From the sequence record DRR723986_4124: a stretch of 46,106 nt of DNA; one strand, 5' to 3'. Positions 1 through 8,659 of the stretch are shown here, one piece after another; position 1 is the stretch's first letter, and every line of letters starts with the position of its first letter. Under the pieces are notes generated by a model that saw only the letters and a program-made list of their open reading frames with translations, was not told the DNA's origin and ran no database searches. A program made the translations under genes and the position numbers.

Positions 1-72
1 GGTCGAAGGCGCACGCCTGGAAAGTGTGTATACGGCAACGTATCGAGAGTTCGAATCTCTCCCTCACCGCCA
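1..72 (+). tRNA. tRNA-Ser(GGA), 5' end cut off by the window edge
   Basis: Anticodon arm GCACGC-CTGGAAA-GTGTGT with GGA at 19-21, long variable arm (ATACG GCAA CGTAT), T-arm GAGAG TTCGAAT CTCTC, and a 3' end CTCACCG-CCA. Closely resembles enterobacterial tRNA-Ser(GGA). Confidence 0.97.
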
Positions 73-123
73 TAAACTCTGTAGTAGAGACAGAGACGCC
101 AGCTTGGACTGCGCGATCTCAGG

Positions 124-149
124 AAAGCCCGCTATCAGCGGGCTTTTTT
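124..149. terminator. Intrinsic terminator, probably bidirectional (tRNA on +, methyltransferase on -)
   Basis: AAAGCCCGCT-ATC-AGCGGGCTTT hairpin with a T6 tract on + and AAA on the other side, between convergent genes. Confidence 0.85.
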
Positions 150-181
150 ATTCAAACCGGGATCGCAGCTGCAGCTTCTGC

Positions 182-889
182 CTACTTACCCTGATTTCCA
201 GCCGCTGCTTTCAGCGCTTTCGCCGTCAGCCTGTTTACCTGGCCGTGGCTGCGCACCACGTACTCAGGTGGAGCCATCTGGCGTCGCTGGAAGATTACGG
301 CGCCGGAGTAGAAGTGCACGGCACAGGTCGATCGCGCGAAATCGGAAATATCGACCTTGTCGTCCAGGCGCCAGTAACAGTGCAGCTCATCGATCAGGCG
401 TTTGGCATAACCAACAAAAGTATCCTGCGCACCAGTGCTACCACTGTATTCCTTCCAGTAGCTGGTGAAGGCATCCTCGCAGATATAAACACCGGTCGGG
501 CTCAAGGTTTGGTAGAGCGCCTCAAAGCTTGCGACCTGGTCGACCATGAGGTGGCTGCCGTCGTCGATGACAATATCGAAGGGTCCGTGCTCGCTGGTGA
601 TCTGCCGTAAAAGTTCCGTATCTGCCTGCGAGCCGATATGAACCATAGCGCCATCTGGCGCGACATCCGCCGCTGCTGGATCGATGTCCAGGCCGTGGAT
701 GCTTGCCCCCGCGCCAAAGTAAGCCTGCCACAGCTCCAGCGACCCACCGCCGTGAACGCCAATCTCAAGCAGTTTAGGGTTCTTGCCCACAAACGCTGAG
801 AGGTGTGCTTCGTAGTCATCAAAAAAGTGATCAATCTTGCCAATCAGCCTGCCGCTAAAGCTATCGAAACATTCACGCAATGTTTTCAT
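182..889 (-). CDS. Class I SAM-dependent methyltransferase (MycE/TylE-like O-methyltransferase type)
   Basis: LLEIGVHGGGSL (motif I), IHGLDID, DIVIDDGSH, GVYICED..TSYW. Start placed at ATG 889 (MKTLRE) with GGGGAG upstream, overlapping the 3' end of the radical SAM gene. Confidence 0.85.
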   Translation of the reverse strand: MKTLRECFDSFSGRLIGKIDHFFDDYEAHLSAFVGKNPKLLEIGVHGGGSLELWQAYFGAGASIHGLDIDPAAADVAPDGAMVHIGSQADTELLRQITSEHGPFDIVIDDGSHLMVDQVASFEALYQTLSPTGVYICEDAFTSYWKEYSGSTGAQDTFVGYAKRLIDELHCYWRLDDKVDISDFARSTCAVHFYSGAVIFQRRQMAPPEYVVRSHGQVNRLTAKALKAAAGNQGK

Positions 890-2798
890 GCTGCTCCCCG
901 ATGTAGTGGAAGGCGAGTGGCGAATCCAGCTCCCATTCGTCCGCGTGGCCGCCGAGGGTCTGGAATTTGAGAGGGTTGGATACCCCATCCGGGGCGCTGA
1001 CCCAGAATGAGCCTGGTGTTCGGCTGCCAAGAGGTGCTAGCGTGCTCGGCAGATCTGCAAGACTGGGCGCCGCGCGAATATCAGCGATATAGGCCGCGAT
1101 GTCATGGGGTAGGCTGGTATGTAGAGGGTATGTGCCCCGACGATTGGGCATGACCGCAGCTTGTGCCCCCACCAGCGTCTCTTCTACGCCATCCTCGAGG
1201 CTCAGCCGGAAGTGGTTTGACAGGAAATCCAGCAGTTCCCGGTAAAACGGCCGCGGGTCATCGAACAGGAAATGCGCGTTGGCCGACCAGCGCAGCATTG
1301 CCCAGTCGGCATGGGCGCTCCCGCGTTCCAGAATCTCGTGCCAAACACGCGACGAGATGGGCCACTGGGCGGGGTCGCGCCTTGTGGTGTCCAGCCAGGC
1401 GCGTATAGCCATAATGGCAGGCAGCTTATAATCGACCTGCAGGCAGTATAGTCCGTGGCGGAATACGCCCAGCCGAACAAAGAACTGGTAGCAGGAGTAC
1501 AGGTCCTGCATGTTCAACAGGTCGGCTTTGGAAAATGTCGTCGTGGAGGTGATCAGGTTGCGTTCGTCTGTGGCGATCTGCCAGTGTTCTCGATAGTTAT
1601 CACGCGCCATGGGTGCGTTTGGCATAAGCGAGGTGTAATTGCCATGTGCGGACACCTTCCAGTCAAAGCAAAATTGTAGATCGGCAGCGAAGCTGTCCAG
1701 GGTCTGCCCGGGCAGGCCAATCATCAGGTCTGAGGCCATCGGGATTCCCTCCCGATGGAAGTGCCCCATAAGTTCCTCGTAAGCGCTGGTGCGGATATTG
1801 TCCCGGTCGATGACCTGTAGCACCTTAGCGTCGGTAGTCTGCAGTGCGATGATGCCGGTAGGCAGTAGGCCGCCGTCGTGCAGGGTCTTGATGACTGAGA
1901 ATAGTCGCTTGCCACCGTTTTTTGCAAAATTCGTGTAGAGGCGCAGTGGATAGCCGGTTCTTTTACGAGCGTCGACCAGGGCCTTGGCGACTGCGATATC
2001 CTGCTCGAGCATGCCGAAATTGGCATCGGCGATGAAGATGGTCTTTGACCGTGCGTCACAGAGATAGTCGATCTCCCTGCGCAGTCGATCAAGGCCGAAC
2101 TTGCTCACTTTCTGGAGTGTTGCTGAGCCCCAGTCGCAATAGGTGCAGCCGAAGGGGCAGCCACGGTTGGTCTCGAGTACCGTGATCGGAAAGTCCCTGA
2201 GCCACGGCTCGAACAAGCCCTCAAGGTAAGGTGAGGGCAGGCTGTCCAGTGCGCGCATACGATCGCGATCAGCTGTACGAAGCTTTACGCCGCCTTTCCT
2301 GTAGACGATGCCCGTGACTTGCCCAAGCGCCTCATCCGGCGAGGTTGTGGCGAGTGCAGCAAGTATGTCAGTGCAGGCCATTTCGCCCTCGCCGAGGACG
2401 GCGATATCGATGTGCGGGTGAGTTTCCAGGAAGGCCTCGGTTTGGCGCTCAAAGCGGGGGACGTGCGGGCCGCCAAAGATGATAGTGCTGTCTGGCTTCG
2501 CCTGTTTTATCTGAGCGGCGATCGCAATGTTTAACTCGTGATTCCACACGTAGGAAGAGAACAGGCAGACAGGTGAATTGCTCGCCAGAACCGTGTCCAG
2601 CAGTGGCTCAATGGGAAACTCACCGGTCCCGCCTGGTGTGGGACGATGCAGTCGATAATGGGAGGCGAGAGCGTCCTGCTGGTACAGGCTGGCCATCACC
2701 ATGCCGAGCGACAGGTAAGGCAGGGTTTCGACTGACTTCGCGATGACCATGGGGAAGACATCTCTCATCGCAGTAGCGTGACCCTGATCATGAAGCAT
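873..2798 (-). CDS. Cobalamin-binding-domain radical SAM protein (class B type)
   Basis: N-terminal B12-domain motifs FSSYVWN, IIFGGPH and DIAVLGEGE; RGCPFGCTYC is the CxxxCxxC motif; long C-terminal extension. The start may instead be ATG 2768. Confidence 0.9.
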   Translation of the reverse strand: MLHDQGHATAMRDVFPMVIAKSVETLPYLSLGMVMASLYQQDALASHYRLHRPTPGGTGEFPIEPLLDTVLASNSPVCLFSSYVWNHELNIAIAAQIKQAKPDSTIIFGGPHVPRFERQTEAFLETHPHIDIAVLGEGEMACTDILAALATTSPDEALGQVTGIVYRKGGVKLRTADRDRMRALDSLPSPYLEGLFEPWLRDFPITVLETNRGCPFGCTYCDWGSATLQKVSKFGLDRLRREIDYLCDARSKTIFIADANFGMLEQDIAVAKALVDARKRTGYPLRLYTNFAKNGGKRLFSVIKTLHDGGLLPTGIIALQTTDAKVLQVIDRDNIRTSAYEELMGHFHREGIPMASDLMIGLPGQTLDSFAADLQFCFDWKVSAHGNYTSLMPNAPMARDNYREHWQIATDERNLITSTTTFSKADLLNMQDLYSCYQFFVRLGVFRHGLYCLQVDYKLPAIMAIRAWLDTTRRDPAQWPISSRVWHEILERGSAHADWAMLRWSANAHFLFDDPRPFYRELLDFLSNHFRLSLEDGVEETLVGAQAAVMPNRRGTYPLHTSLPHDIAAYIADIRAAPSLADLPSTLAPLGSRTPGSFWVSAPDGVSNPLKFQTLGGHADEWELDSPLAFHYIGEQHENIA

Positions 2799-3158
2799 AG
2801 GACATGTAAACGGCCTGCCTGGAGTAGATTTCCTTGCCGATTCTACTGACTGGGCTGCCGATCTGTCGAGGTTACTGCCTGCTGGCCTGAAATTTCTTCG
2901 CCGAGGTGAACATGCAGTTTATCCGCTCATTTCTTAACCGAGGTATGCAACATATAACGCCGCGCGGCTTTCACTGGCTTCTTTGCCGGCTGAGTGTGGT
3001 TGAGCTGGAATCTTTCCAGCGAAAAGCGGCAATGTATCCCGGGGTACCCCTCTCTTGATGCTACGCATCAATTCATCTTGTCCTGAGACGCACTCGGGAC
3101 TTTTAATGCGGACGTTGTGGTTTTTCATCAACGGCTTGTTATTATTGGACGCTCCTGA

Positions 3159-4808
3159 TTGGTTAAGCGCGCCTTGTCATCCATGATAGTTTCCCCCTCC
3201 ATCCGCACCATTTTTGCTTTACTCTCTGTGCTGGTTTGGGCAAGTGCGCTGGTCAGCTGCGGCGATGACGCCGATTCACCTGATAACGAGATCGCAACCG
3301 AGGCAATGACCAGTGTCAGTGCCGCAACTTTGCTGGCTGACACTGTTACCAGCAACGTCTCCCAGATACGCATTGTGGCCAGTGATGAGGCTGGAGAGCC
3401 GATCACTACAGACACCTTGTCTCGGCAGGCTGCCGACAATTTCCTGGTTCCTGGAGACGCTCATAAAGTAGAACTTGCCCTCCTGACTGACGCGGGCAAC
3501 CAGATAGGTGTGATTATCTTCAAGCCTGAGGGCGATGAGATGACACTCTCCCTGCCGGGCGACGGCTTGTTGCCCAATGACGTGCTGAACCTGGACATTG
3601 TGATCAACGCCGACTTGTGGGACAGCGAGCCCCGCATGCTTGCGGCTGGCCTCGGTTTTTCCAATATTATTGGTGTTGCGGGTGTGACGGGTACCGATGC
3701 GACCAGCGAGATGCTCGCCATCGAGGCGGGCGCCTCCTGGAGCACAGTGACTGGCTGCGGAGACGTGACCCCCGCTGTTGGGAACTACACCTCAGCGGTC
3801 GCGCCAGGCGTGATACTGGCGACATCCGGACCACCAGCCGTAGCCAATGCCGGTGGCATGCCGGTCGAATTTTCCTGGCCAGTCCTGTCCAGCACAGTGC
3901 AAGGTACGGATTTTCTCGTCACCCTCAATGACTACAACCAGGTCTACCCCGATGTAGCCAGTGGCACACCCAACTTCGACTACAACGAGCGCGCAGTGGT
4001 GGTGCTGTTCGGCCAGTTTGGCAATCGTCTTGAATTAAGCCATCCCAATGTTCTCTACCCGGTCAGGATTGAGGTTGTCGACGATGGCACACCCTTGATG
4101 TTGATCGCGCCCGACGGCTCACTACACTCGGCGGTTGGAATGTTTGCCATCGCACCCGGGTCGCCCTATCACTCACCGGGTGTCGGGCCGAAACTCACTG
4201 GCGCAAAGCTGAATGTGATCTCGGCGATTGGCGACGGTGGTCCACCCGGGTTTACTGCGAATACGCCCAATGACGGCATTGCTCTCTATGGTGACAATGC
4301 CCAATACCGTCTGCGGGTTTACACCACGGGCGGCTACACGCCTGATGGCGTGGTCGGTCTCAAGCCCAATCAGTACAACAACTTCTTTCAGGTACAGGTG
4401 ACGACGAATGCAGGAGAACTGGTGCCGCTGCTAAAGGCCGGCCAAGAGTATGTTATAGATGGCAAAAAGATCGAGGTAGTCGGCCTTGCAGAGCTGGGTC
4501 CGCCAGGTCAGGCACTGGATGGAAACGACTGCTATAGTGACGACAAGGACAACCAGATCGACATCATCCTGAAGGGCGACGTGGAAGCGATGCGGAAAGT
4601 GTCTGCTGTGCGTGTACCCTCGCAGCAGCCTGCCGGCGACCGCACCCCTGACGGCTACTGGCAGTTCTACAATCCGGGTGGCCCCGGCAATAGCCCGACT
4701 CCGGGTACCACCTACACCCAGGGGAGCCCGGATCACACCGTGCCTGTGCTTATGGCCATCGACGACCCAATGACCGTAACCTATATTGATTTGCGCGTAA
4801 GTGACTGA
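3159..4808 (+). CDS. Hypothetical secreted lipoprotein
   Basis: 549-aa ORF with a hydrophobic signal ending in a lipobox-like LVS-C and a Gly/Pro/Asn-rich body; no catalytic motif recognised. The start may be ATG 3183. Confidence 0.75.
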   Translation: MVKRALSSMIVSPSIRTIFALLSVLVWASALVSCGDDADSPDNEIATEAMTSVSAATLLADTVTSNVSQIRIVASDEAGEPITTDTLSRQAADNFLVPGDAHKVELALLTDAGNQIGVIIFKPEGDEMTLSLPGDGLLPNDVLNLDIVINADLWDSEPRMLAAGLGFSNIIGVAGVTGTDATSEMLAIEAGASWSTVTGCGDVTPAVGNYTSAVAPGVILATSGPPAVANAGGMPVEFSWPVLSSTVQGTDFLVTLNDYNQVYPDVASGTPNFDYNERAVVVLFGQFGNRLELSHPNVLYPVRIEVVDDGTPLMLIAPDGSLHSAVGMFAIAPGSPYHSPGVGPKLTGAKLNVISAIGDGGPPGFTANTPNDGIALYGDNAQYRLRVYTTGGYTPDGVVGLKPNQYNNFFQVQVTTNAGELVPLLKAGQEYVIDGKKIEVVGLAELGPPGQALDGNDCYSDDKDNQIDIILKGDVEAMRKVSAVRVPSQQPAGDRTPDGYWQFYNPGGPGNSPTPGTTYTQGSPDHTVPVLMAIDDPMTVTYIDLRVSD

Positions 4809-5463
4809 GACGGAACGCAGATACCTGCGGCAAACGCGCTCGGTGCGCACCGGGCTCACCCTGCTCCTGGTGAGCCTGCTCGTGGCCTGCGGCCCGTCGG
4901 TAAGCTATGACCCGCTGCCGGCGGGTACGTTGGTGCTGGCACTGGGCGACAGTATCACCCACGGCACTGGCGCCCCGGCAGGTGCTGATTATCCGGCCCG
5001 CCTGGCGCAATTGTCACGCTGGCACATTATCAACGCGGGAGTACCCGGAGAGTTGGCGCGGGATACCGGCGCTCGATTGCCCGGGCTGTTGGCGCAGCAT
5101 AATCCGGCAATGGTATTGCTTGAGCTCGGCGGTAATGATTTTCTGCGCCAGCGACCCGCGACGCAGGTCAAGGACGATCTTCGGGGCCTGATACACACCA
5201 TAAGCGCTTCCGGCGCACTGCCGGTCCTTGTCGCGGTTCCGCGATTTTCGATGCTCCGGGCTACAACGGGAACCTTGTCTGATAGCCCGGTGTACGAGGA
5301 GTTGGCGGTGGAAGAGGGTATACCGGTGGTCTCCGATGCCCTGGCGACGATACTTTCTGACGGCGATCTCAGAGCCGATCCGATCCACCCGAACGCAGCC
5401 GGCTATGAGGTGCTGGCAGACGCTATCGCCAATTCGTTACGTGAAACAGGCCTCTTGCGCTAA
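4801..5463 (+). CDS. GDSL/SGNH-family arylesterase lipoprotein (TesA-like)
   Basis: LALGDSIT (block I), INAGVPG (II), LGGNDFL (III), DPIHPN (V); lipobox LVA-C. Confidence 0.92.
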   Translation: MTETERRYLRQTRSVRTGLTLLLVSLLVACGPSVSYDPLPAGTLVLALGDSITHGTGAPAGADYPARLAQLSRWHIINAGVPGELARDTGARLPGLLAQHNPAMVLLELGGNDFLRQRPATQVKDDLRGLIHTISASGALPVLVAVPRFSMLRATTGTLSDSPVYEELAVEEGIPVVSDALATILSDGDLRADPIHPNAAGYEVLADAIANSLRETGLLR

Positions 5464-5467
5464 GCCA

Positions 5468-5495
5468 AAGCTTGCGCGAAGCGCGGGTTTTATTC
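5468..5495. terminator. Putative terminator hairpin between convergent genes
   Basis: AAGCTTGCGC-GAA-GCGCGGGTTT hairpin (G-U pairs on +) followed by TATT. Confidence 0.5.
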
Positions 5496-8252
5496 GTCAG
5501 CATCCAGAATGCCGTCGCGATTGCGGTCGATGCCCATCCGCCTGCCGCTGCCCGGCGGTACGCAAGTAAATGTCATGGGCTGCCCGTCATCGGCAGCAAG
5601 CCGGCGCAGGGTGTTCACACTGACCGGCGCATCGGCTGCACTGTCCGTGATGAAGTTGCCGTCGGCTTGCCGCAGAGCGCCGCGTTGTCGGTTGTCGAGA
5701 ACGCCCTTGACGATGAGGTCACAGTCGCCCGCATCAGCGCGGGACTGGAGCAGTGCCAGACGGTCCTCTGCCTCTGGTGCTGGCTCTGCGCCCAGGGTGA
5801 CCTGCTGGCCAACAATGGGCGCAAGGTTTGACGGAAACGCGAACACGAAATCGACAACGCGCTCACGTTCGGCGTCGGAGCTGAACTCGAAGACACTGCT
5901 CGAAAGGAAGTTGGACACGGTGTCTATCCCGCCATCGTGTAGTAAGCCGAATCCGCGGACCTGGTCTCCCATGAAGCGCTGTACCTGCCCGGGGCGGGGC
6001 ACACTCGCCCCGAACATTCCAACCTTGGTATAGACGTTGCGCAGGTGCACGACCTTGAAGTCTTCGGTGATGCCTGGCCCCTCATTGGTCATCAAGCCGG
6101 CAGTACCGAAGTGTTTCAGCGCCGGATTGAGCACATGGCAGTGATCGCAGGTCAGCGCGCCGCCGGTGGTGTTGTCGTTGAGAAATACGCGCCGGCCATC
6201 CTGCTGATCCGCTGTCAGGCTATTATCGAGCTTGCGAATCGCGTTTGGTGGATAGGTGATCGCAAGCGCAAAGTCGGTAAAGTCCTGGAGCATGTCCTCC
6301 GGCAACTCCTCCTCGCGCCCCAGTAGTTCGACGAAAGCCGGGTTGAACTCTTTAAAGGCTGCAGCCTCAAGGCTTTCCTGATTGCCGCGCACCATCGCCC
6401 GGTTCTGGCCGCCACGATCCCCGCGCCAATGCATCGGGCCACTGTCGGCGATTCCGCGGAAGGTCTGCGTCGTCATCGGTCCCTTCATTGGATGGAATAC
6501 GCCCTGAGTCGGGAATCGCAGGGGCACGAATTCATTCACATTGTCGATGACGTCACCATCCGGGTTGCCGAGATCCCAGGCGAGCCCGTCATCGTCGCCG
6601 AAGATATGGCAGCTGGCGCAACTTGCCGTGCCGTTGGAGGAAGTCAGGTCCGCGTCGTACAGCAGGCGCCTGCCGCGCTGGATGGGTGCAGGTTCCGGGT
6701 TGAACAGCGAGACAACGCTTACCGGCGTGCCCGACGTGAGATCGATGGAAGAAACCGAGTTGCCGTAACGGGACATGACAAACAGCGTGCTATCTCCCAG
6801 GGCGACGCCGCTGGGTCCACCATCGGGCACGTTAAGGAATGTCGCATCCGCAGGGGTGTAGTCGCCCGAATCCAGGGACGCCGTGGCAATTGCCGCGATG
6901 CGATTTGATCCGAGTGCGGCTACATAGAGCGTTTTTCCGTCCGCCGAAACCGTGAGGTCGACCGGCATGGCCAATGACTGTGAACGCTCCCCAGCGGCAG
7001 TCGCGCTATCGTGCGGCTGATCAAAATCAATGTGCGGATTGAGGTGATTGCTTACCACGCCCTGCAAATCGATAACCGAGATCCGGTTCTCCGCAATGTG
7101 GCCGCGCACAGTCGTGCTGTTAAGTCCTGGTCCTTCAAAGCGCACCCGGTTCCTGGCCTCGGTATTGGAGACATAAACGGCACCGGTCAGCGGGTTAACC
7201 GCCATATTGAACAAGACGGTGCCGACATGAGGCAGGGCATCGATGAGTCGCGGTTCCGCCTCGCTGGCGTCGAGGGTGAAGACGTCCAGGTCTGGCAGGT
7301 GAAACATCACCTTGTCAGACCAGTCGTTGCCCGCGTCGTCCACCCAGCGGGTGCCGTTGTAGCCTACGATAGACCCGGTTGCCGGTTGGGTTTCACCCTC
7401 GTGATTGATCACCGGTGCAGCTTTGGCAGTACTCACCGCAGACTCGTTAAGAAGGGCGGTCGTCTGGTTGCCGGACAGGAAGGCAGCCACATAGACCCTG
7501 CTTCCATCGGGGCTGGCTGCCAGCGCACGAGGGGTATCCGCAAACAATTGGAATACGCTGGTGGGCTCAAGCGACTGGCCCGTGGCGAGCGCGGCACTGT
7601 CGAAAACCCAGACACTGGCGCGGCCAAGGCCAGGGGTTTTCAGGTCATCGACTGTGAAATCGGGGTGGCTCTGGCCGCGAAAAGCGGTGGTGAGGTAGGC
7701 GAAGCGTCGCTCGGGGCCGGCAAACACGATATCCCGGGGTTCGTCACCGACCGTAAGCGTGGCAATCACCCGCGGTTCGCCGGGACCCGGTTGTACCACG
7801 CTGATACTGTCGGACAGGTGGTTTACCACCCAGACGTTGCCGTCCGGGGCCACCGCTACGGCAACGGGCTCCAGGCCGACGGGCACGCTGGCTTTGAGGG
7901 ACAATTCGCCGGCGTCACTGATCGATAGAATCTCGAGTCGCGCATCGGGTGTATTGATCGCGTACAGGGTTCTCTTATCGGCGGAGAGCGCGAGCGGGCG
8001 CACCTGGCCACTTTCGAACAGCACGTAATCCTCCGTATTGCTCGTACCTGGCGTGGGTGCGGGTTCTTCGGGTGGCGGCTCCGCCGCCGGTGGCTCCGGC
8101 GCAGGCGCCGGGTCCGGGGGCGGTGTTGCAGCTGGTGCCGCAAGCTCATCCGGGGAAGAACTGCTGCCACCGCCTCCACCGCCACAGCCGGCCAGTAGCA
8201 GGGGGAGGCAAAGTGCCATGCAGGCGAAACTACGGGTCCAACGAGAGAACAA
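5490..8252 (-). CDS. Lipoprotein: YVTN/YncE-type beta-propeller fused to a di-heme cytochrome c peroxidase-like domain
   Basis: Lipobox LAG-C and a Gly/Ser/Pro-rich linker; propeller repeats (VPVGLEPVAVA, VWVVNHLSDSISV, VGDEPRDIVF, SPDGSRVYV); two CxxCH motifs (CASCH, CDHCH); bCcP/MauG-like HWRGDR, FKVxxLRNV and HDG; C-terminal DRNRDG Ca-binding-like motif. Confidence 0.85.
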   Translation of the reverse strand: MFSRWTRSFACMALCLPLLLAGCGGGGGGSSSSPDELAAPAATPPPDPAPAPEPPAAEPPPEEPAPTPGTSNTEDYVLFESGQVRPLALSADKRTLYAINTPDARLEILSISDAGELSLKASVPVGLEPVAVAVAPDGNVWVVNHLSDSISVVQPGPGEPRVIATLTVGDEPRDIVFAGPERRFAYLTTAFRGQSHPDFTVDDLKTPGLGRASVWVFDSAALATGQSLEPTSVFQLFADTPRALAASPDGSRVYVAAFLSGNQTTALLNESAVSTAKAAPVINHEGETQPATGSIVGYNGTRWVDDAGNDWSDKVMFHLPDLDVFTLDASEAEPRLIDALPHVGTVLFNMAVNPLTGAVYVSNTEARNRVRFEGPGLNSTTVRGHIAENRISVIDLQGVVSNHLNPHIDFDQPHDSATAAGERSQSLAMPVDLTVSADGKTLYVAALGSNRIAAIATASLDSGDYTPADATFLNVPDGGPSGVALGDSTLFVMSRYGNSVSSIDLTSGTPVSVVSLFNPEPAPIQRGRRLLYDADLTSSNGTASCASCHIFGDDDGLAWDLGNPDGDVIDNVNEFVPLRFPTQGVFHPMKGPMTTQTFRGIADSGPMHWRGDRGGQNRAMVRGNQESLEAAAFKEFNPAFVELLGREEELPEDMLQDFTDFALAITYPPNAIRKLDNSLTADQQDGRRVFLNDNTTGGALTCDHCHVLNPALKHFGTAGLMTNEGPGITEDFKVVHLRNVYTKVGMFGASVPRPGQVQRFMGDQVRGFGLLHDGGIDTVSNFLSSSVFEFSSDAERERVVDFVFAFPSNLAPIVGQQVTLGAEPAPEAEDRLALLQSRADAGDCDLIVKGVLDNRQRGALRQADGNFITDSAADAPVSVNTLRRLAADDGQPMTFTCVPPGSGRRMGIDRNRDGILDADE

Positions 8253-8659
8253 CTGCCACCTCTAAGGGTTTGTTTTCAAGCACGCGGAAGAGTCTAGCGA
8301 GATTCTTCTAAGGGCAATAGCGCGATCTCCCTTCGGTTTCCCATACAGCTTGCCCTTTTCCGCGGTCCATTTAGCCACTGGTGTGGCTGAGTAAAGCTGA
8401 ACGAGGGCGCGGTGAGGCCATGCCTGGTAGGTCTTTTGCCCGCAGTACAATCTCAAGCGGCCACTTTATCGCGCCAAAGTCGGGTGTTTGCAATATTTTG
8501 CATATTGAGAGAGCGAGAGGGTGCCGAACTCGAATTTTGTGAACTGGTTCTCACTTTCCCGGGGCTGGGTGCAATATCTGCAGATAACCCGAATCAGCCA
8601 TAGGGGGGATGTCAAACGGGGGGTATTATTACAGCAACCCTTTAAGCTGGTGTACCAAA

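Noticed and set aside
8050..8190. Low-complexity GC-rich stretch as a DNA repeat element
   Set aside because: It encodes the Gly/Ser/Pro-rich linker of the di-heme lipoprotein.
111..8329. 10-bp direct repeat GCGCGATCTC at 111-120 and 8320-8329 as island boundaries
   Set aside because: Short and GC-rich, with no mobility gene; compatible with chance.
8283..8400. c-di-GMP-I riboswitch on the - strand
   Set aside because: GGGCAAGC and GGGAAACC resemble parts of the motif, but the GCAAAGC junction and second stem are missing. Kept only as an unassigned structured-RNA candidate.
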